IMG/VR virus record: IMGVR_UViG_3300045999_008996
Coordinates: 1-64,000 of that record
Direction: 5' to 3' (one strand)
Length of the DNA: 64,000 bases
A program made the position numbers and the translations under genes. Below the pieces are notes generated by a model, which worked only from the letters and a program-made list of their open reading frames with translations, made no database searches and was not told the DNA's origin. Positions 10,184 through 20,524 of this stretch are shown in pieces (position 1 is the stretch's first letter; the number at the start of each line of letters is the position of its first letter).

Positions 10184-11814
10184 ATGTATGCACGATCTCC
10201 ATATTCATCAGTAAACCACCTATCCCCATCATTATCTACAAAACTAGTATCGTCTAGACCATCCGCAACAAATCCAAAAGGTGCCATATCTTGTTCAATT
10301 TGATTTTTTTGCTCTTCATATAAACGTTTTCTAACGTCTTGATCGGTGAGTTCTTTGAAGTAGTCTTGAGCAACTAACCAAGCATAAATCACAAGACACA
10401 TTGCCAAGTCATCATTACAACCTTCTTCTGCCTCAAAGGAGTTGTGTTTTTGAATAAAAGTTGTAAGTTCGCTCATTATTTCATAATCTTTAAAGAGAAG
10501 TTTACTCTCTTCAATCATGGTTTTCAAATTAAGACATCCTACTTTTTTAACAGTTTTGGACATCTTCACCCCTAGTTGCGTTTTCTTTCCGGAAAATCCT
10601 TGCCCTACAATTTGACCAGCTCTTCCTCTCATTGAGCACATGAGAAGATTATTGTACTCTAGATCATAGTGAATAATTGATGCTACTTGATCTCCAACAT
10701 CGTTCACTTCACATAAGATATATGCATTATTATAACTTTTTGCTACGTCTACAACAATGCTTGGAAAAAGCATCGGTTTGATTTCATTGTTTCTATACTT
10801 TGCGACTACTTGGTGCGGAAATGTTGTAATATCAATTACAGTGAATGCCGAGTAATCGTTTCCTACGCCTCTAGCAACGTCTACAGTCATCAAGTAATCG
10901 TGATTATCTATAGAATCCTCATGAACGTCTAAACCGCCGCTGCTGGTCTTAGGGTGGTCATATACGAGACTTCTTAATTTTGATGGTGCAATAAGAGTAT
11001 CAACTGATCCAAGGAATTCGCATTCAAACTCAACTTTGAATTGCTGTTCACTTGTGTTTGCAATAGTTTGTGATTTCCATGCTTCATCTCTTCCGGGAAC
11101 TTCACTCCAATGAACATCGGTAAAGACATATTCATTTTTACCTTTCTCTGCATCGTGCCACATTCGGTAGAAATGATTCATACCATGAGGCGTAGATACA
11201 ATAATCACCTTAGTTTGTTTACCTGAAGTGATTGTGGGATATACTGATGCAAAGAATGAATCTGCAATATGATTTGGAACAAATGCAAATTCATCTAAGA
11301 ATAGAATGTTGAATGACATTCCTCGAACAGCAGATGCGGAGGTTGATGCTGCTAAAATCTTAGATCCGTTTTCAAGTTCTAAAGAACCTTTGTTCCAAGA
11401 TATGATACCTTGTTGCATCCACTTAGGAAGATTTTCATAAGCGGTTTGCAATCTGTCTAAGAGTTCTCTTGCCGTTGCTGCTTTGTTTGCAAGAATACCG
11501 ATGTTTACATTGTCGTTAAAAACTGCGTAATGTAGCAGAAAAGAAACCACAGTGGTAGACTTACCAGTCTGTCTCGGCATCTTACAGATATTGAATCTAT
11601 GATTATGAAAGTTATTAATTAACTTCTCTTGAAAGTGATATGGTTTAAAAGTTTGTAGACCATGATCAAGAGTAACAATCTTTACATAATTATTTGCAAA
11701 ATAAACTGGATCATCTTTACACTTAACAAACTCTAAGATTTGTTCTTGTGTAAATTCAATTGGAGTATTTGCTTTTTTTAAAAGCGGATTACCAAGATAA
11801 ACATCATTTGACAT
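10165..11814 (-). CDS. g17: Terminase large subunit gp17
   Basis: YLGNPLLK, PRQTGKS Walker A, LFLDEFAF Walker B, DVARG nuclease motif. Confidence 0.98.
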   Translation of the reverse strand: MSNDVYLGNPLLKKANTPIEFTQEQILEFVKCKDDPVYFANNYVKIVTLDHGLQTFKPYHFQEKLINNFHNHRFNICKMPRQTGKSTTVVSFLLHYAVFNDNVNIGILANKAATARELLDRLQTAYENLPKWMQQGIISWNKGSLELENGSKILAASTSASAVRGMSFNILFLDEFAFVPNHIADSFFASVYPTITSGKQTKVIIVSTPHGMNHFYRMWHDAEKGKNEYVFTDVHWSEVPGRDEAWKSQTIANTSEQQFKVEFECEFLGSVDTLIAPSKLRSLVYDHPKTSSGGLDVHEDSIDNHDYLMTVDVARGVGNDYSAFTVIDITTFPHQVVAKYRNNEIKPMLFPSIVVDVAKSYNNAYILCEVNDVGDQVASIIHYDLEYNNLLMCSMRGRAGQIVGQGFSGKKTQLGVKMSKTVKKVGCLNLKTMIEESKLLFKDYEIMSELTTFIQKHNSFEAEEGCNDDLAMCLVIYAWLVAQDYFKELTDQDVRKRLYEEQKNQIEQDMAPFGFVADGLDDTSFVDNDGDRWFTDEYGDRAYMWEYLS

Positions 11815-11832
11815 AATAAAAACCTCTTTATA

Positions 11833-13557
11833 TTAACAATTCCAAGCTCTGAGAGACTTGTTAATCCTAGAATTTGGATCGTTTGCTGTTTTTGCTGATG
11901 TTAGTTTCTTTTTCATTCCGGACATACGGGCACAAAAACTTTTTCTACGAGGGTTTCCAACCTCTTTTGAAGGTGGTTTGAGGTCAGATCCAGGATTTAC
12001 CCTTTCATAAGATTTGCGTCCTTTTTCATTAAGTCCACCTTTTGGGTTCTTACCCTCTTTGTTTTGCCATGCTTCGCCTTCTCCCAACTCAACTTGCTCA
12101 CCGTATGGTTTTACGTATGCTCTACTAGGACCTGGTTTTGCAGAACTTCCGCCTTGAGGACCACATGCTTGGATAATTGGTTCACCTGAAGTGAATTCTG
12201 ATACTGAATGATAAACTACCTTTGAACCCGGATAAACTTTTTGAAGTTCGTCATTAATTTCTTGACGAGAAGGTGTTTTAATTTGTGGGAAGAACATTCT
12301 TAATGAATAATATTTTCCCCTCCACATTAAAGTAACTGCAATTACATTACCAGTCTGTGCCTGAAGTCTTGTTGCTTCATCTACTTGAGACTTGAACCCT
12401 TTGATTGGATCTGGTGTAATTAAATCAACTACTTCAGCAAAAGTATTTCCGTCAGCGTCCTCAATAGTTACATTTTCTGCTTTTACACAACGATTATATT
12501 TTTTACCAAAAAGTTTTTGTGTCCCTTTCTTTTTATATCCAGGCCAACACTTCATTTCATCCATAATTTTATCAACAAGTTTCTGTTCTTCCATCTCGCC
12601 ACTATTAACATAATCCGCCGCAGTATCAATGTAATCCGCTGCTTTGGTGATCTTAGACTGTACCCATGCCTCTAAGTCTCCTTCACCTTTTCCAACTTTC
12701 GCTTGGAGTCTTTTTACTGCACCAACAATTGTTTTTAATTCAGATCTTGCCATTGAATATTCTTCGTCTTTCACAGAAACTTTGTCCCAGGCTTTTTCTC
12801 CATAAGAACATTCTGATCTTGTCTCTCTTTTGTCACATAAAGGGCAATATCTTTGCTCTTCAACTTCCTCTGATTTAGTTCCCCAGTTTGCAGCACCAAC
12901 CCTACGACACTTAACAAGTGCTCCAGATGCATACGCACTTGGCCAAACATCATAGCGAGACTTTACTTTGTGATAACAAGCGTCTTTTTTGCCACTACCT
13001 TTACCTGGTTTGTCTTTTGCTTCTTGTACATCCATTTCTTCTTTCATTTTCTTTTTAGGTAAATCGGTAGAAACATATGTTGGTTCTGCAGCACCTGTTT
13101 TTTCTTGTTGTCCAGGATCTGCTGCTTTTTTTCTTCTTGCTGCTGAACGTCTTTCTGCAGCAGTCATGCTTTTTCTTTTTTCAGACGAAACACATTTTGG
13201 AACTCCTTCTCCAGGTTCATCACTTGCACAAGTTCCTCCAGTTAATACATTAACCCAACCAGGTTTTTTATCTTTTGATTTAGATTTGCCAAACCAATCA
13301 CGAAGACCCTCTTCAGTAACATCTTTGAATTTTTTATGATGCTTTTTAGCATCTGCCTCCATTTTTTTCAGACGAGTATAATAATCTGGAATTTCGTCAA
13401 GGTGTTGAAGAGCAATGTCTCTTGCTAAATCATGATTCTGAGTATGTTCGTGCTCAATAGGTTCCCCCATATCAAGTTGCTTTTGTATGAAAGAAACATC
13501 CATCCAATGCTTCTTTGCAATTTGCTCAACTGTTTTATGTGACTTGATCTTGGACAT
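11833..13557 (-). CDS. Modular basic protein, putative protease-processed internal head protein
   Basis: 574 aa chain of short Cys/Trp/Lys-rich modules separated by Glu-ending linkers. Confidence 0.6.
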   Translation of the reverse strand: MSKIKSHKTVEQIAKKHWMDVSFIQKQLDMGEPIEHEHTQNHDLARDIALQHLDEIPDYYTRLKKMEADAKKHHKKFKDVTEEGLRDWFGKSKSKDKKPGWVNVLTGGTCASDEPGEGVPKCVSSEKRKSMTAAERRSAARRKKAADPGQQEKTGAAEPTYVSTDLPKKKMKEEMDVQEAKDKPGKGSGKKDACYHKVKSRYDVWPSAYASGALVKCRRVGAANWGTKSEEVEEQRYCPLCDKRETRSECSYGEKAWDKVSVKDEEYSMARSELKTIVGAVKRLQAKVGKGEGDLEAWVQSKITKAADYIDTAADYVNSGEMEEQKLVDKIMDEMKCWPGYKKKGTQKLFGKKYNRCVKAENVTIEDADGNTFAEVVDLITPDPIKGFKSQVDEATRLQAQTGNVIAVTLMWRGKYYSLRMFFPQIKTPSRQEINDELQKVYPGSKVVYHSVSEFTSGEPIIQACGPQGGSSAKPGPSRAYVKPYGEQVELGEGEAWQNKEGKNPKGGLNEKGRKSYERVNPGSDLKPPSKEVGNPRRKSFCARMSGMKKKLTSAKTANDPNSRINKSLRAWNC

Positions 13558-13712
13558 TACTCAACTGGTTTCGATTTAGTCTTCTCACCTTTTGCTCTCT
13601 TTTTTCTCGCCGCGCAGTGAGCACGTTGAGAAAATCCTTTTGGATTTGAGCAATCAATACTCTTTTTATATTTATTACTCCAGTCTTCTTGAAATTGCTT
13701 AAACGTTTTCAT
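13557..13712 (-). CDS. Small basic putative internal head protein, 51 aa
   Basis: Hand translation MKTFKQFQEDWSNKYKKSIDCSNPKGFSQRAHCAARKKRAKGEKTKSKPVE; stop overlaps next ATG. Confidence 0.7.
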   Translation of the reverse strand: MKTFKQFQEDWSNKYKKSIDCSNPKGFSQRAHCAARKKRAKGEKTKSKPVE

Positions 13713-14133
13713 TTTCCGTTTGTTGCTTTAGAAGTTTTGCCAATTCTGCAGTAGATCCAACAAAAAGAGCGTTATTGACTGTTGTGGGCCCTTTGCTCAC
13801 CTTTTCTTCTTCAATATCTTTCAGTTTTTTCTGAAGATCCATCAACTTATCAGTTGCATCCGCTACGTTCTTGATTAATTGTCCAGCAACTTCATAAGCA
13901 CGAGGCATCTCACTTTCCTGAGCAAGTTCAAGAATACCGTTAATTGCTTCTTGACCCTTTTCTATGAGTGAATATAAATTACCTCTAGTGTAATCATAAT
14001 CTTTTTTAATATCATCAACAGTTGTTGATATTTTTTCTATTTTCTCAATAACAGTTTCTGTTTCAACAGGAATTATCTCCCCATCAATATTAAAGGTTTC
14101 ATTGAGTTTATCAAATTTTTTTGTCATTTTCAT
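13699..14133 (-). CDS. g16: Terminase small subunit gp16
   Basis: PRAYEVAGQLIK, NNALFVGSTAEL motifs; upstream of g17. Confidence 0.92.
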   Translation of the reverse strand: MKMTKKFDKLNETFNIDGEIIPVETETVIEKIEKISTTVDDIKKDYDYTRGNLYSLIEKGQEAINGILELAQESEMPRAYEVAGQLIKNVADATDKLMDLQKKLKDIEEEKVSKGPTTVNNALFVGSTAELAKLLKQQTENENV

Positions 14134-14139
14134 AACTTA

Positions 14140-15141
14140 TCAAAAAACACTTCCACTAAATCCAAAGTCATCACCCTCTTCAATTAATAAATTGTCTGCT
14201 GCTGTTATTGATTTGACTTGAGAACCTGCCAAATGTGGTGTAATCGTTGTATTGTCCCTACCACGATCTACTGTAAGGACATTTCCAGACTTAGCAGTAA
14301 CGTAAACTTCTTCTCCCTCCAAATCAAGATAAGTATTAACTGAAATTGCACTAGCATCATTTACAGTGATTAACTTATCATCAGTTGTAATATCTTTAGA
14401 TAAGTTGGTAATGACTGTGCCCGTATAGTTTTGAATTGCTCTCGGTTCTGCGGAATATACGATTTCTCTTGTTGGAGAAGATGTAAGGTCTCCGGCAATA
14501 TATCCAATAGTTGCTTTTTTGATAATATCTTTGCTTGCAGAAGAAACGGGTCCAAATATATAAGTTTTTGCAGTAAATCTCAATGTATAAATCAATACTC
14601 TTCTTGTAGTAAAATCACCCTCATAATCATCTTGCATTGTAATATTTTCAAGAATTATAGGAATATCCCTTTTTTCATTAATTGTATCAACTAAATCAAC
14701 AGTCATTGTATATGCAGGTTGAAAGTATGGTAGAATTTGCTCTACAATTTGAAGAGCATCATCATTTAATTTGCACATGATGCTCAATTCAAACTGCATA
14801 TTGTATGGAACTGGAAGATATGCCTTTTTTGTTTCCGTTCCGTCTTCTACAGATTTTGTAGTAAAATATTGTGTTGTTGTCGATTTTCTCGATGCATCAT
14901 AAGTCAATCCAGTAAACTCAAACGACATCCTTGGCAATGTCACTTGAACTGGTTTATTCAAATTTGGAGATTGATTCAATCTTGCAAGAAACTTTTGGGT
15001 TGGTCCATATGCAAGAGGAACTTTAATGACACTAACAACATCGTTAGAATTATTTTTATGTTTGATACTAATCTCATTAAATAAAGAACCAAAAGCAATT
15101 ACAGTTCTTCTTAGAATTTCGTGATAAAAATACTCAAACAT
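14140..15141 (-). CDS. g15: Tail sheath stabilizer/terminator gp15
   Basis: YFYHEILRRTVIAFG, VPLAYGP, LPRMSFE, QIVEQILPYFQP motifs. Confidence 0.95.
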   Translation of the reverse strand: MFEYFYHEILRRTVIAFGSLFNEISIKHKNNSNDVVSVIKVPLAYGPTQKFLARLNQSPNLNKPVQVTLPRMSFEFTGLTYDASRKSTTTQYFTTKSVEDGTETKKAYLPVPYNMQFELSIMCKLNDDALQIVEQILPYFQPAYTMTVDLVDTINEKRDIPIILENITMQDDYEGDFTTRRVLIYTLRFTAKTYIFGPVSSASKDIIKKATIGYIAGDLTSSPTREIVYSAEPRAIQNYTGTVITNLSKDITTDDKLITVNDASAISVNTYLDLEGEEVYVTAKSGNVLTVDRGRDNTTITPHLAGSQVKSITAADNLLIEEGDDFGFSGSVF

Positions 15142-15197
15142 ACTTCTAACTTATTGTACTACTATTTAATCAAATTAATAACTAATATTTATATAAT

Positions 15198-16616
15198 CTA
15201 AGGCATTCCAAATGGATTTGTTTCATTAAAGTCAATTATGTCGTTTGCTTCTCCCTCAATTTCATCATTTGCAGCATAACCATCATCGGATTTTGCTACT
15301 AATATATTAACTGAACGTAGATAATGTGATGCGCTTGAGGCAGAACCTACGATGTTTTCTCCAATTTTAAATTCTCCATTAAGATTTGAAACTTGAAGAA
15401 TTTTAGTAGTAGAGTTCCAAGATTTAACTCTTGCAGTAACTCCACTTTGAGATCCTGTTACAATTTCATTAAATACAAAATTTCCAGAAGAATTAAGTGC
15501 AGGATTTCCGATTACAATTGTTGGAGGAACTGTATATCCAAGACCAGCATTCGTAATTCTAATTGATGTTATTGTTCCCGCAGCAGAAACAACTGCTGTT
15601 GCAGCTGCAGATACTGTAGATATACCCGTAAATGTAATGGATGGTGGATTTGCATACCCAGACCCTGCATTTGTAACGGTAATAATACCAACAACACCAT
15701 CTCCTATTGATGCAATTCCCGATGCACCTTTCCCCCCACCACCAATAAATCTCACTTGAGGGGCAACAGTATAACCATAACCAGAATTAGTAATTAGTAC
15801 TTCTTGAACTGATTGTGATTTTGGATTTATATTTGTATTGCAAGCAACTATACCACTAATCATCTTAGCTATTGCAGTTGCTGTTTTTCCTCCAGAAGGA
15901 GCAGAAGAAATTCCAACAGTTGGAATACTTGTATATCCACCACCACGATTCGTGATTGTTATGTATCTTATTCCACCATTAACTATTGAAGCGGTCGCAG
16001 TTGCAGTAACTCCCACTCCAGACATGGTGAGATTTACAATATTTCCAATAGAAATTTTATCTGGATCTGTCGAATCATCACCACTAATAATTTCGTCTAT
16101 TTCACCAATACTCGTATCTATAAGTTCATCTTCATACCTAAAGAGTTCACATCTTAATTGATATGTGTACAATCCCTGAAGTTGGTAAAATGGTTTTTCA
16201 TGTTCCACATACTTAACTTCAAATAATCTTTTTCCTAAAGGAAAATAAATTAAATCTCCTTCTTTAGGTCTTGATGATACTTTTATATTTGGTTGATTTT
16301 GAATTAGTGGTGAAATATAACTTTTAAATCTTTCTCTTGAGATAGTTAAAGTTATTTCATTTAGTGCTTGAATTCCAAACTTTGATAGAATGGTTGGATT
16401 ATCACTATATCCTTCATAAGTATCAACATATGCTTCAATGGGGTATGCGCTGTTGAATTCTGATTCTATGACTTCTCTGATGACTGTTTTTTCCGTAATG
16501 AACTGTCTTGGAAGATAATGAACCTCAACGCCATACATCCTCAACTGTTCATTAATAAGATCTTGAATTAATCCCTGTTCTGTTTTAGAACCTTGAAGAA
16601 AGAATGGATTGAGCAT
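15198..16616 (-). CDS. g14: Neck protein gp14 with inserted GxGY beta-repeat domain
   Basis: EQLRMYGVEVHYLPR, RPKEGDLIYFP, PFYQL, C-terminal ETNPFG. Confidence 0.93.
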   Translation of the reverse strand: MLNPFFLQGSKTEQGLIQDLINEQLRMYGVEVHYLPRQFITEKTVIREVIESEFNSAYPIEAYVDTYEGYSDNPTILSKFGIQALNEITLTISRERFKSYISPLIQNQPNIKVSSRPKEGDLIYFPLGKRLFEVKYVEHEKPFYQLQGLYTYQLRCELFRYEDELIDTSIGEIDEIISGDDSTDPDKISIGNIVNLTMSGVGVTATATASIVNGGIRYITITNRGGGYTSIPTVGISSAPSGGKTATAIAKMISGIVACNTNINPKSQSVQEVLITNSGYGYTVAPQVRFIGGGGKGASGIASIGDGVVGIITVTNAGSGYANPPSITFTGISTVSAAATAVVSAAGTITSIRITNAGLGYTVPPTIVIGNPALNSSGNFVFNEIVTGSQSGVTARVKSWNSTTKILQVSNLNGEFKIGENIVGSASSASHYLRSVNILVAKSDDGYAANDEIEGEANDIIDFNETNPFGMP

Positions 16617-16620
16617 ATGA

Positions 16621-17475
16621 TTAACCTATCATATCCAGAGGTGGAAGTTCATAAGTACTAGACATTTTTTCCATCAAAATATCTATCTCTCTTTGTGCGT
16701 CATCATACATTTGTCTCCCATTGAGTTCGACACCACCTGGAAGTTTAACGCCTGTAAATTTCATCATATTTTGTCCCCATTGTTTTTTAATCAACGAAGT
16801 CAAATATGGTTTTAGGAAGGAATCATTCCAAACCCTTGAATAATCATTTGGATCAAGGGTTGAGTAACAATCAATGATAAAAAATTGATCTGCTCTCACA
16901 GAACTCCAATCAATATCTAAATATAATCTATCTTGCCTTTTATTGAATCTTATTTGTTTCTGTGTATTCAAGAGAAAGTCTAGATCTTCTAAGTATGTCT
17001 TAACCATAGCATAACTTAAAAGTTCCGTTGTACCCCAATAATAAATGTCATTGAGGAACAATTGATATTTCACACTAAACATATTATGTGTGATTGTGTT
17101 TGCCCCATCAAAAATAAAAATTTTATTTACTCCAATAATGTTTGGAGGCATTTGCAAATAATTACTATTTTCATAATAGTTGAATGTAGTGGCAGTTCCG
17201 ACTATGTTTGCAGTTGCTGAAGTGCTTGCAATACCTACAGAACTAACTGCATTACTTGCAGTGCTTGCTCTTCCCCTATCAATGTCTGCCTGAGTTACTT
17301 TATACTTGTAAAAAGTTGGATATACACCATCAAAGTGCCTCTCTTGAAAAAACTGAACAGCATCATCTACTAGATCCTCAATTTGCTCATCTGCAACATT
17401 AATTTCTAAAACCGGAGCACCTAGTTTCCTCTTACAGTAATCAATAAGTTCTTGCCTAGTAGATGGTTGTGCCAT
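16621..17475 (-). CDS. g13: Neck protein gp13
   Basis: LGAPVLEINV, QWGQNMMKFTGVKLPGGVELNG motifs. Confidence 0.95.
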   Translation of the reverse strand: MAQPSTRQELIDYCKRKLGAPVLEINVADEQIEDLVDDAVQFFQERHFDGVYPTFYKYKVTQADIDRGRASTASNAVSSVGIASTSATANIVGTATTFNYYENSNYLQMPPNIIGVNKIFIFDGANTITHNMFSVKYQLFLNDIYYWGTTELLSYAMVKTYLEDLDFLLNTQKQIRFNKRQDRLYLDIDWSSVRADQFFIIDCYSTLDPNDYSRVWNDSFLKPYLTSLIKKQWGQNMMKFTGVKLPGGVELNGRQMYDDAQREIDILMEKMSSTYELPPLDMIG

Positions 17476-17645
17476 TAGATTTTAAAACCTGCAACTACTT
17501 CTTGTTGTTTAAAATATAGTTTGATATAAGATTTTGCTAAATTTTTTAAAGTTTCAATATCTTCTATACTATCTATATCTCTTGAAAGTTTTTCATATTC
17601 AAATAATTTACTCATGTTTTCTAAAGATATTTTATCAGGATCCAT
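17475..17645 (-). CDS. Small helical hypothetical protein, 56 aa
   Basis: Hand translation MDPDKISLENMSKLFEYEKLSRDIDSIEDIETLKNLAKSYIKLYFKQQEVVAGFKI; TAATG coupling to g13. Confidence 0.7.
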   Translation of the reverse strand: MDPDKISLENMSKLFEYEKLSRDIDSIEDIETLKNLAKSYIKLYFKQQEVVAGFKI

Positions 17646-17859
17646 TTGCTAAATTCCTCAATAAATTTTTAATTTCGTTCAAATCATTTTTTATTTCACT
17701 TACGTTATCTTCAAGATTCTGAATTCTATCAGATTCATTTTTTTTTATTTGTCTTGTTTTTATATAATTTTCATAGTCATTTGAATTTGTATTCAAAATA
17801 GCTTTAGTTTTTTCATCTCTTATTAAATTGGGGTGACCTTCGACCTTTGAATGTTTCAT
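17635..17859 (-). CDS. Small coiled-coil hypothetical protein
   Basis: 74 aa, KVEGHPNLIRD N-terminus, C-terminal heptads. Confidence 0.75.
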   Translation of the reverse strand: MKHSKVEGHPNLIRDEKTKAILNTNSNDYENYIKTRQIKKNESDRIQNLEDNVSEIKNDLNEIKNLLRNLANGS

Positions 17860-17860
17860 A

Positions 17861-20368
17861 TTATGCTAAAGCAATAACTCTAAAATCAGAGAATCTTGGG
17901 GGGAAAGCCTGATTGGTTCCCGATCCAATCATTTTAATACTAAAATATCTAAATGAAGGTAAATTTGAAACAGTAAATTCATAATCTTTATATGTTAAAT
18001 CGGAGGGTTTATATCCAACGTTACTAGTTTTAATCATTTTTTTATCAGAGGTTCCGTCATTTAATGATTCGGAAATAATTCTACTACCGTCCGTTGTGAC
18101 ATTCGAATACCCGGGGAACAAATAATAGATATCCTTTTCATTTGGTTCATTTTTTATAGAATAAAGCATTCTAACATCACTAAAAGTATTCACATAAGCG
18201 GAAACAATTACCTTTAGTGCAGATGCAGGAAGTTCAAGTTCAACGTTATTCGTTGCATATACAAATGAAGAAGGATCATCTTGTAAATTATTAACTCTAT
18301 TATCTGTAATATAATTTTGAATAGGACTATTTATTCTGTTGGTTGTAAACACGACAGAACTTCTATCAAGATCTATGATTGGTGAAATATAAGAATTGCT
18401 GGTTTGTAAGCGTAAATTTAGTGTTAGTGATTTATTTCCAGGAAGTGTAGATAATCTCTCATCTTCATTTACTTTTGAACAAATTAATCTAGGTGAATTG
18501 AAATAATTGTCCTTATTGAGATCTATATCAACAAATCCCTTATCTTCAAATGAAATTTCTGTTCCATCTACACTAGTTCCAGAGACAGTTCTCATAGATG
18601 CATTAATATCAGTACCGTTCAGTATTACGGTTTGTATATTTGGTTTTGCAATTTCATATTGGATGTTTTGAGTAGCCTTAACAAAATTTCCACCGGTTGA
18701 TTTTGTTTCATTGCAATATAACTTTGGAAAGTCTATTCCTAGAGTTCTGTCCACTTGTCCATGAGGGAGAGTACCTGTTTTCCCATCAGAAGATGTATCA
18801 ATTTTAATATTATAATAGTCAAAATCTATAGGATCAAATACGTTTGAATCCTGAAGAGTGTGAGTAGTATTGATTCTTCTTAAAGAAATTCCATTTAACT
18901 CATATTTATAAATTGGAGTTCCTGGCGTATAAGAAAATCCTAAAGTTTGATCAATTTCTCTTGTTATTCCAGTTAATGAAGTAGCAGTGACTCCTTCATA
19001 AGAAATAATTTCATTGCCAATTAGAATATATCCTGGATTTGTACTACTAATGCCTACATTTTCAAATGTGGAAAAATTGGTAGTTGAATCAACTAAGATA
19101 TTTGCGGTTGAATTTTTATCATAATTTTCAGTCAATTTAATAGGTTTTACATCAGTTAAAACATCAGATAATCTTACAATGTTCTCTCCCGCGTGCATTC
19201 CATGATTTAAGTGATTTACTTTAATATTCAATCCATCATTCTCTATTTGAATTCCATCGGCAGGAACTAAAACTCCACCACCAACTGAAGCATTTAAATC
19301 GCTTGAAATACCAAGACTATTGAAATAACTGATAGTGCTTCCAGTTCCTGTTATGAAGTCTCCTTGTACATTATCAAGAATTAATTGATTTACTCCTGAT
19401 AAATTTGAAACTGAAAGTCTTAAATTTCTACCAAGAGTTTGTGATCCTATTTGCGACACTGAAAGTACATCTCCTATAGTGTATCCAGTCCCACCATTGG
19501 ATATGGTTGCTGCAACAGCAACTCCATTGGAAATAGTGATATTTGCTGTTGCATTTTTACCACTACTAGTAATATTTGTTAATGCAATGTTAGAGTAAGT
19601 TAAAGATCCTATAGATGGTGTGTATCCGATGCCTGAATTTATAATTGTTAAACTTTGAGTTGCAATTCCTGCTGCTGCAACATAATTTCCAGTTGCGTTA
19701 CTCCCTTTTTGGTATACCGTATTTCCAAATACTATGTTATTATCAACAACTGTTGTTCCTAAACCGACTCTTATTCTTCTTGATGAAAATTCAAGTGGAT
19801 TTTGTTGTAAATTTGCAACTTGCTTATTACCAACACTTAATTCCGGACTATAGAAATTAAAATTACCATCAGTTGATGTAAAATCTGCTCTATATAATGT
19901 AAACTTCAAGTCTTCAAATGGACTTTCATTCCAGGTAAAACCATTTTGCGATTTAAAAAGTCCACCAGAAACAGGTTGTTTTGTAACAATTACTTGGTTC
20001 GATTCTGCCCCATTAAGTGTGGTAATATCAACCTCTCCAAGTCTCGCAACCCAAACACTATAATTTTGTGAATTTGATAATATTGTGAGCGCATGAAATT
20101 TTTTGCCTGTCAAATAAACAGGTGAAGGAAATCTTATTCTAGTTGGTATTGCCGAATTGTTAAAAGCGTTAATATCTTTTGGATCTACTACAACTTCACC
20201 AAATGGATATACCTTTTTTGTCGGAATTCCGAGTTCCATTGGCCTCAATTGGACAGTCACCGGTAAAATCGGATCTTTAGATATAAAATATAAATCAATA
20301 GAAGTTACAAAAATTCCTTTACTACTCTCAACATAAAATGATTGTGCTAATGGATCTACAACTTTCAT
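17861..20368 (-). CDS. Virion structural protein (C-terminal part of DUF4815/VrlC-type protein)
   Basis: Begins MKVVDPLAQSF; LFKSQNG, ends FRVIALA; late promoter-like AATAAATA at 20391-20398. Confidence 0.8.
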   Translation of the reverse strand: MKVVDPLAQSFYVESSKGIFVTSIDLYFISKDPILPVTVQLRPMELGIPTKKVYPFGEVVVDPKDINAFNNSAIPTRIRFPSPVYLTGKKFHALTILSNSQNYSVWVARLGEVDITTLNGAESNQVIVTKQPVSGGLFKSQNGFTWNESPFEDLKFTLYRADFTSTDGNFNFYSPELSVGNKQVANLQQNPLEFSSRRIRVGLGTTVVDNNIVFGNTVYQKGSNATGNYVAAAGIATQSLTIINSGIGYTPSIGSLTYSNIALTNITSSGKNATANITISNGVAVAATISNGGTGYTIGDVLSVSQIGSQTLGRNLRLSVSNLSGVNQLILDNVQGDFITGTGSTISYFNSLGISSDLNASVGGGVLVPADGIQIENDGLNIKVNHLNHGMHAGENIVRLSDVLTDVKPIKLTENYDKNSTANILVDSTTNFSTFENVGISSTNPGYILIGNEIISYEGVTATSLTGITREIDQTLGFSYTPGTPIYKYELNGISLRRINTTHTLQDSNVFDPIDFDYYNIKIDTSSDGKTGTLPHGQVDRTLGIDFPKLYCNETKSTGGNFVKATQNIQYEIAKPNIQTVILNGTDINASMRTVSGTSVDGTEISFEDKGFVDIDLNKDNYFNSPRLICSKVNEDERLSTLPGNKSLTLNLRLQTSNSYISPIIDLDRSSVVFTTNRINSPIQNYITDNRVNNLQDDPSSFVYATNNVELELPASALKVIVSAYVNTFSDVRMLYSIKNEPNEKDIYYLFPGYSNVTTDGSRIISESLNDGTSDKKMIKTSNVGYKPSDLTYKDYEFTVSNLPSFRYFSIKMIGSGTNQAFPPRFSDFRVIALA

Positions 20369-20524
20369 TTTCTTACTTTTATTATCTTTCTATTTATTCT
20401 ACATTAAATGTGAGAGCATTTTCTTCATCATAATCTAAAGACAGTTTCTCATCTGCATTATTACTCAAACTTTTTGAAATGTAAAATCTAAGCATTTCCG
20501 ATAATTTCTGCTAACATTTTGGCA

